Origin: Gemmatimonadota bacterium
Lineage (GTDB): Bacteria > Gemmatimonadota > Gemmatimonadetes > Palauibacterales > KS3-K002
Reading direction: 5' to 3'
DNA: 23,139 nt
Assembly: GCA_039586795.1 (NCBI GenBank)
Contig: JBDHJS010000070.1
Span: 1 to 23,139 of the forward strand
Numbering within the stretch: position 1 is the first letter of the stretch; the number at the start of each line of letters is the position of its first letter. Positions 17,453-23,139 of the stretch are shown in pieces. A program made the translations under genes and the position numbers. Below the pieces are notes generated by a model. The model saw only the letters and a list, made by a program, of their open reading frames with translations. It was not told the origin of the DNA and searched no databases.

Positions 17453-19212
17453 GACCCCCTGCCCTCCGATTCCAGTGGCAGCGTGACGACGAACTCGGCG
17501 CCACGGCCGGAGCGGGTGGGCTCCGCGACGCTCATCGCGCCGCCGTGCTCCTCCACCGTCCGTAAAGCCAGCGATAGCCCAAGTCCCGTTCCCTTCTCTT
17601 TCGTGCTGAAGAACGGCCGGAAGATCTCCTGTCGCGCATCGCTCGAGAGGCCCGGCCCATCGTCGGCTACTCTGACCTCCACCCGATCCGGTTGCCTTCC
17701 GTCCGTCGTGATGCGCAGCATCCCACCGTTCGGCATCGCCTCGGCACCGTTCAGCAACAGATTGAGGAACGCCGCCTTCAGCTCCTCGGCGTCACCAACG
17801 ACCACGTCGGGCTCAGCGCGGTAGTCGACTTCCACGTCGATGCGCTGCTGGTTGAGCTGCGCCTGCATCAACTCCAAGGCATCGTCCAGAATCGCGTGAA
17901 CGGACCGTGCCTCTCGGGCCGTGGAGCGCGGGCGACCCAGGCTGAGCACACCGCTCACCACCCGCTCCAGGCGCTCGATCTCCCGCAACGCGATCTCTAT
18001 GGGCCGGGCCGACTCGTCGGGAATCCGGCCATCCCGCACATCGCGCTCCAGGCTCTGCAGGTTCAGCTTCAGCGATGTGAGCGGGTTGCGGATCTCGTGA
18101 GAGACCTGCGACGCGAACTCGCCCACCACGGCCATCTGCCGGCTTTCTTCGATCTGTCTCAGTGTCTCGCGAAGCTTCTCGACCATGAGCTCAAACGCAT
18201 CGGACAGCCGCCCCACCTCACCGCTGGCGGCCTCCGGGAGCTGGGGCGTGAAGTCCCCCGCCCCCACCTGATCCGCCGCGGCGGTGAGGGCCACCAGCGA
18301 GCGGGTCTCGCGCCGCGTCATCCAGGTGAACGCCACGGCGATGGCCGCGGCCACGATGAACACCAGCATCAGCGTCCGGTTACGCATCTGGGTGAACGGT
18401 GCAGAGAACTCGTTCAAGGAGCCGGAGGCGATGACGGTCCAGGGCGGCTCGGTCAGGCTGGTAAAGGCGGCGACGCGAGTGGTGTCCTGTTCCTCGTAGG
18501 TGAACGTGCCCCGTTCCCGTTCCATGAGACCGGGATCGATGTTCCAACCCTGTGGACCCAGCAGCGTGCTCAGACTCTGGTCGCGATACGCGTGACTGTG
18601 ATGATGCAGCACCGTATTCCGCGCCCGGTCCAAGACCGTCGAGTAACCGGTGGCGCCGAACCGAACCGCCAACTCGTCGTACGGCAGCAGCGCGGCCTGG
18701 TCGACCGCCGCGACGAGCGCACCGACCTCGGTCGAACCCGTCGCGTCGAAGATCGGGCGCTCTACCACCATCACGTTAGATGGATATGCGTCGCGCTCAC
18801 CTTCCAGAGCGCCAGGGCTTCCGCTGCCCGGGGGCAGCCGATAGACGGACACGCCCGCGCCATCGCGGAAGTCGACCCAGGCATAGTTGGCGCCCATAAC
18901 CTCCCACGCCTGTCCCAAGTATGCATCGGCGCTGCCCAGCGCCGTCTCCCAAGCATCAGCGTCGTCGCTCGCCAGCGCCCGGAAGAGCTGCTGGGTCTCC
19001 GTGTTCTGAGCGAGCAGCAGGAGCTCCGACTCACGCAGCTGATAACGCTGCTGCAACTGCTCAGCCGAGCGCGTCGCGATCTCGTCCACCTCCGCCGCGA
19101 TCAGCGCCTCCAGCGCCCGCATGGAATAGACGTACCCGAATACGCCGATGGCGATGAGCGGCAGCACGGCGAAGACCGCGAAGAGCGCTAGGAATCTGGC
19201 CCGGAGTGACAT
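17449..19212 (-). CDS. Membrane sensor histidine kinase (TM, Cache-like sensor, TM, HAMP, HisKA, HATPase)
   Basis: Two TM helices, HAMP (GEVGRLSDAFELM), H-box SHEIRNPL, NLLLNG, DDGPG, IFRPFFSTK, GTGLGL. ATG 19212 chosen; the frame is open to 19248. Confidence 0.93.
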   Translation of the reverse strand: MSLRARFLALFAVFAVLPLIAIGVFGYVYSMRALEALIAAEVDEIATRSAEQLQQRYQLRESELLLLAQNTETQQLFRALASDDADAWETALGSADAYLGQAWEVMGANYAWVDFRDGAGVSVYRLPPGSGSPGALEGERDAYPSNVMVVERPIFDATGSTEVGALVAAVDQAALLPYDELAVRFGATGYSTVLDRARNTVLHHHSHAYRDQSLSTLLGPQGWNIDPGLMERERGTFTYEEQDTTRVAAFTSLTEPPWTVIASGSLNEFSAPFTQMRNRTLMLVFIVAAAIAVAFTWMTRRETRSLVALTAAADQVGAGDFTPQLPEAASGEVGRLSDAFELMVEKLRETLRQIEESRQMAVVGEFASQVSHEIRNPLTSLKLNLQSLERDVRDGRIPDESARPIEIALREIERLERVVSGVLSLGRPRSTAREARSVHAILDDALELMQAQLNQQRIDVEVDYRAEPDVVVGDAEELKAAFLNLLLNGAEAMPNGGMLRITTDGRQPDRVEVRVADDGPGLSSDARQEIFRPFFSTKEKGTGLGLSLALRTVEEHGGAMSVAEPTRSGRGAEFVVTLPLESEGRGS

Positions 19213-19374
19213 CGCAACGCGATCCGGTTCATTGTACAGCTGGAGCAAAGAGCACTACAGGCCGCAATCTGGTGGCGCTGCGCAAAGCGCGCCAGCTCAC
19301 CGAGCTGGCCGAGCGGATGAGCAAGACGATGTAGGGTTTCCAGGTCTTGCCGGCTTGAGGGTGCTACCGACCGA

Positions 19375-20610
19375 CTACTTCACAATCTCATGGACTTGGA
19401 GGTACTGTACCTCCAACTCATCCCGATAGACGCCCATCACATAGTCGTCGCCGATCTCCAGCACCTCGATGGGCGGCAGCGCAACGACGCCGAGCAGCGC
19501 GCCGCTGGGGTCGAACACCAGGTAGTCAATCGAAGGCGGCTCGGACCCGCTCGCCCGGCCCGACTCCACCCACAAGTTGCCGGCGCGATCGAGGAAGATC
19601 CGCGAGTAAGGCGGACGAGAGGTCGGGGCGGGAACCTGGTTCAGTACCTGAAGCGCCACATCGCGACTCAGCTTCTGGGTGTATTGCCCGACCGTCGTGT
19701 CACGCCAAACGGAAATCTCCCGCTCGGTAACGGATGCGGGCTCGGCGTTCCAGCGAACGCTCATGCGGGAAGCGTCGGCAGCGAAGCAGTCGACCTGCGC
19801 GCTCTCCTGTTCGCCGATGCAAATCTCGGGGTCTGTCGCTCCCACGGCGGTTACGGTCCGCTTCGCGAGTGGGGGGACGACGGACGCCTGGCCCCACGGC
19901 GCAGCGACGCTCACCTGCTCGATACCGCCGAACAACATCAGCGTGTCGATGCGTGAGCGGTCGGCGGACACCCTCAAAGCGCCGCTCCGGGGACGCGAGG
20001 ATGGCGTCGCCGCCGGGCCCGCCTTGGTCAGCGTCTTTTCGACCAGGCGCACCACCAGCTGGCCGTCCGGCAGCAGCTCCCCGTACCCGGGATAGAGAGG
20101 CGGGTCGACGGCCCGGGCGATCCGGCCCCAGTCCATCGAGTGGACGCTGGCGAAGGCGCCGGCGGAATCGAAGCGCGTCATACGATAGAGCGCGTTGTCC
20201 CACACGATCACGGAATCGTCGGCCGTCACCAGCACCTGGGCCGGGTCCTGGAACTCGTCGGGCCCCGAACCCGCACGGCCCAGCGTCCGGACGTAGGTGC
20301 CGTCGCGGTCGTAGAGCCGCACTTCACGCTGGTCGACGACCACGATGTCCCCGTCGACCTGGCGAGCGGCGGCTATGATATCGACGAGCTGATACTCCGC
20401 CGCCCCCTCCAGCTCGCCGATCGTCACAGCCGGTTCGGGCGACACCCGCCAGGACTCACCGTCCGCCCAGCTCGGCGCGTGGCTGTGAACGATCGTCACG
20501 CCGGCGCTGTCCCATACCTCGACGGCGGTGGACGACCCGCCGGCCGAAGTGCACCCGGTCATCGCCAACACTCCCAAGAGAGCTACCGATAGGCTACGCA
20601 CGCTTCCCAT
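19375..20610 (-). CDS. Six-bladed beta-propeller-type lipoprotein, 411 aa
   Basis: Lipobox AMTG-C; DSAGVTIV; NHL-like blades (LYDRDGTYVRTLGRAGSGPDEF, DRAGNLWV, VFDPSGALLG). Confidence 0.82.
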   Translation of the reverse strand: MGSVRSLSVALLGVLAMTGCTSAGGSSTAVEVWDSAGVTIVHSHAPSWADGESWRVSPEPAVTIGELEGAAEYQLVDIIAAARQVDGDIVVVDQREVRLYDRDGTYVRTLGRAGSGPDEFQDPAQVLVTADDSVIVWDNALYRMTRFDSAGAFASVHSMDWGRIARAVDPPLYPGYGELLPDGQLVVRLVEKTLTKAGPAATPSSRPRSGALRVSADRSRIDTLMLFGGIEQVSVAAPWGQASVVPPLAKRTVTAVGATDPEICIGEQESAQVDCFAADASRMSVRWNAEPASVTEREISVWRDTTVGQYTQKLSRDVALQVLNQVPAPTSRPPYSRIFLDRAGNLWVESGRASGSEPPSIDYLVFDPSGALLGVVALPPIEVLEIGDDYVMGVYRDELEVQYLQVHEIVK

Positions 20611-20839
20611 CCATTGATTGGCACGATGAACCTCCCCCCCTCTCCGGCTTTGGGCTGCTCTTTCTGAATGTAGCTAAATGCGTTCGTGACGCTAACGCCT
20701 CACACATCCCCCGACCCACCTGTCATATATTAGAGAGCTACCTCGGTAGCGTGCCTGCATAGATATTCCGCACGAGGAGGGACAGATGAACATGTCGAAA
20801 TCCAGCGCCGAGAGCGGTGATCCGGCGGATTGGGCGGGC

Positions 20840-20873
20840 GGATTCGGACCCCAGGGAGACGAGGTCCGAATCC
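20840..20873 (-). terminator. Stem-loop downstream of the M56 gene
   Basis: GGATTCGGACC-12 nt-GGTCCGAATCC forms a perfect 11-bp inverted repeat 60 bp after the stop; no U-tract. Confidence 0.45.
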
Positions 20874-20932
20874 TCAACTACGCTCGCTGCGTGCGCGGAA
20901 GTTAGGCCCGGCTTTCTGCGACTCTCGTTCGT

Positions 20933-22537
20933 CTATGATCGGCCGGCAGGGTCGATGTTAACATCGACCCATACACTAACATTCACCGTCTTCATGAGCT
21001 CCCTATAGGCCTCCATGGCGGCACGGCCTTCCTCCGCGGTCAGCGCGCCGGCGGCCACGCGTTCGCGGATTGCCTCGCCGATGGCCTCGAGCTCGTAGCG
21101 CGGATAGGCGTCGCCTGCCTCTTCCCGTGTCATCGCGCCGGTTTCGACACCGGCCTGGAGGCGGTGCTGCACGCGGATCATCTGCGCGCCAATCGCGCCG
21201 GCCTGCTCTCGAGTGATCCAATTCGAGTCGATAGCGACGGCGAGTCGAACCCGCAACGAGCTGGCTCTGTCTCTTCCACCGTCCTCTTTGCCGGCTCTGA
21301 TGAGGCCTAAGTAGCCCTGGTAAGCGGCCTGGCCCGCGTGCTCGGTCATCGCGCCCTCGGCGACACGCGTGCGAATTGCGCTACCGACTTCACCGACCTC
21401 CATGCGCACATAGCGACCGATGGCCTGCAGTTCCGTCATCTCACCCGCGGCAACCGCCCGCCGGAAACCCGGAACCGCATCATCGAGCGCGTCGGTGATC
21501 CCGCCCGCCTGCCCCTGCGTGATCCAACTCGACTCCACGGCTGTGGCGAGCCTACCCGCCGCCTCCGTTTGTGTCACGGACAAATTCACGTCGGCCAGCT
21601 CTTGGGACTCTTGCGGTACTGGCGTTTCGCAGGCCACAACGAGGAGCGCCACGCCTGCCGCGGCGGCGAGCACGGACGCCCACACGCGGTGCTTTCCAAC
21701 AGTGGAGCGGATCATCATCAACCTCTTTCTCAGTGAAGTTTCTCCGGCTTCCGTCATCGCCTGAGCCAATGCGGGCACGCGCCCAGCTCGGGAAGCGATT
21801 TCGATCAAGAGTTGTACGTAACTTTTCGGTGCGACCCCACGAGCCAGCACACGGCCATCGCAGTCGCCCTCCACGGCCAAGCGCAGCCGTCGCAACGTCC
21901 ACCAGACCGCCGGGTTCCAAGGGGAGATCGCGGTAAGCAAGAGTCCGGCGGCGAGCAGCGCCGGGTCCCGGGCCTTTCGGTGTTCCCGCTCGTGGAGCAT
22001 CACCAGCTCCAGGTCCTTCTTCGGCAAGGCGAGCGCCCAGCTGGGCAGGACGATGCGGGGCCGGATCATACCCAGCACCGCGGGCCCCAACCGTTCGGAC
22101 AGCAGCACATCCTCGCCGCTGACGTTCCGCGTCTCCCACGCCTCGCGTTGCCGGCGCAGTCGCAGCCACGCTTGGGCAAAGACGATGAGAACAAGCACGG
22201 AGCCGAGGATCCACAGAAGACTCAGCGAGCTTTCCACGGCGAGCAAAAGCGGTGGCGCCGCCGCCGTGCCCGAGGCACCCATCGCCCCTACCTCGTAGAG
22301 GGGTTCGATGGGGAGGCCGAGAGCTTCAAGCGAAAGTCCCGCGTCACCGGTCGCTTCCGGCACGCCCGCGCGAATCAGCTTTGGGATGAACGGCGCCAGG
22401 CCACCCACGACCAGCGCCGCGAGCCAGACCCAGCGCGTGGGTCGGCGGAGCGACCGCAGCCCGCGATCGATGAAGTGGGCCGCCCCCGCCACGAGGAGCG
22501 CCAGCACCGCGCCGTAGATCATCATCGGAAGCGTCAT
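20933..22537 (-). CDS. BlaR1/MecR1-type M56 metallopeptidase with a non-PBP, repeat-rich C-terminal domain, 534 aa
   Basis: TM helices, GPAVLGMIRPRIVLP, HEREH zinc motif, WNPAVW, EGDCD, LRKRL. ATGA overlap with the repressor. Confidence 0.92.
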   Translation of the reverse strand: MTLPMMIYGAVLALLVAGAAHFIDRGLRSLRRPTRWVWLAALVVGGLAPFIPKLIRAGVPEATGDAGLSLEALGLPIEPLYEVGAMGASGTAAAPPLLLAVESSLSLLWILGSVLVLIVFAQAWLRLRRQREAWETRNVSGEDVLLSERLGPAVLGMIRPRIVLPSWALALPKKDLELVMLHEREHRKARDPALLAAGLLLTAISPWNPAVWWTLRRLRLAVEGDCDGRVLARGVAPKSYVQLLIEIASRAGRVPALAQAMTEAGETSLRKRLMMIRSTVGKHRVWASVLAAAAGVALLVVACETPVPQESQELADVNLSVTQTEAAGRLATAVESSWITQGQAGGITDALDDAVPGFRRAVAAGEMTELQAIGRYVRMEVGEVGSAIRTRVAEGAMTEHAGQAAYQGYLGLIRAGKEDGGRDRASSLRVRLAVAIDSNWITREQAGAIGAQMIRVQHRLQAGVETGAMTREEAGDAYPRYELEAIGEAIRERVAAGALTAEEGRAAMEAYRELMKTVNVSVWVDVNIDPAGRS

Positions 22538-22950
22538 GATTCGTCCTCCAACTCTTCCAGGATCTTCCGCATGCGGGCCAGCTCTTCCGGCGGGATGTCT
22601 TTGTCGGAGACCAGCTGGGCGAGGAGCAGCTCCGCCGATCCACCGAAGATCTTTTCACGGATGCGGCTGAGGGCGCTATCTCCGGCCGCCTCCAGCTTGA
22701 CGAGCGGGAAGTAGCGGTAGGCGCGACCCTCGGGCTCGTGCCGGACGGCGCCCTTCTCTTCCAAGATCTGGAGGATCTTGAGGATCGTCGTGTACGCCAC
22801 CGACTCGCCCAGCGCCTCCCGGACCTCGGCGACGGAGCCTGAGCCCTGGCGCCAGAGGACGCTCATGATGTCGAGTTCGCGTTCTCCAGCAGAAAGTCGC
22901 GGATCTACGAAGATCTTCGTATAAGATACATCGCTTCCCCAAATTGTCAA
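22534..22950 (-). CDS. BlaI/MecI/CopY-family repressor; start uncertain (TTG 22950 or ATG 22866)
   Basis: ERELDIMSVLW, VAEVRE, AYTTILKILQILEEKG, GRAYRYFP, FGGSAELLLAQL; lies directly upstream of an M56 gene. Confidence 0.88.
   Translation of the reverse strand: MTIWGSDVSYTKIFVDPRLSAGERELDIMSVLWRQGSGSVAEVREALGESVAYTTILKILQILEEKGAVRHEPEGRAYRYFPLVKLEAAGDSALSRIREKIFGGSAELLLAQLVSDKDIPPEELARMRKILEELEDES
22906..22921. promoter_or_regulatory. Operator 1, perfect 16-bp palindrome TACGAAGATCTTCGTA
   Basis: Self-complementary; covers the predicted transcription start; TACG/CGTA ends resemble the TACA/TGTA ends of BlaI/CopY operators. Confidence 0.75.
22923..22950 (-). promoter_or_regulatory. Sigma70 promoter TTGACA-16 nt-TATCTT
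   Basis: Consensus -35 at 22945-22950 and -10 at 22923-22928, bracketed by the two palindromes. Confidence 0.65.
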
Positions 22951-22964
22951 CGAAATCTTTCGTA
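22949..22964. promoter_or_regulatory. Operator 2, TACGAAAGATTTCGTT (minus strand)
   Basis: Same TACGAA-N4-TTCGT(A/T) pattern, 43 bp from operator 1, overlapping the -35. Confidence 0.7.
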
Positions 22965-23106
22965 GTACTCACCCTTAGGACTCATCCAGGGGCCGGAGGG
23001 TTGCATGACTTGTGGACCCATCCCACCAGCTCATCCACATCTCCGCCGCGGGCTCACGGGCTCATACGGATTGTGAAATCCCCATAGCTACTCAAAGAAG
23101 GACCAA

Positions 23107-23139
23107 GTGAAAGCGCATAACGCAAACAGGGGCAAGCGG
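23107..23139 (+). CDS. Possible 5' end of a divergent gene (MKAHNANRGKR...)
   Basis: AAGAAGGA precedes GTG 23107; the frame is open to the edge but only 11 codons are visible. Confidence 0.25.
   Translation, partial: MKAHNANRGKR

Noticed and set aside
16076..19191. 582-aa and 499-aa plus-strand ORFs
   Set aside because: Antisense shadows of the regulator and kinase.
20618..20634. TTGGCACGATGAACC as a sigma54 promoter
   Set aside because: No GC at -12, and it points away from the adjacent gene.
20933..22950. Beta-lactam resistance locus (blaI/blaR1 proper)
   Set aside because: No penicillin-binding domain and no beta-lactamase in the window, so gene symbols were withheld.

Overview
GC-rich bacterial window; the gene families and motifs suggest Gemmatimonadota, which is an inference. 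Almost all genes are on the minus strand, in four blocks. (1) An addAB-type helicase/nuclease pair at 1-5075, with addA cut by the window edge. (2) An accessory-looking block at about 5100-10990: a two-hairpin candidate sRNA/3' element, three uncharacterised lipoproteins (one frameshifted inside a Gly/Cys/His/Asp CTHDD repeat) and an orphan sigma54 activator whose receiver has Cys in place of the phospho-Asp. (3) A sensor kinase plus NtrC-family regulator, then a sigma54 promoter, a secreted multi-blade PD40 propeller protein and two tandem secreted S41 peptidases, together resembling a split tricorn protease. (4) A beta-propeller lipoprotein and a BlaI/BlaR1(M56)-type pair with twin palindromic operators and a probable internal lipoprotein start. 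The most unexpected signal is an exact 16-bp inverted match between a hairpin at 5354-5369 and the first codons of a lipoprotein gene at 7777-7792. No rRNA, tRNA, CRISPR array or transposase/integrase was seen.
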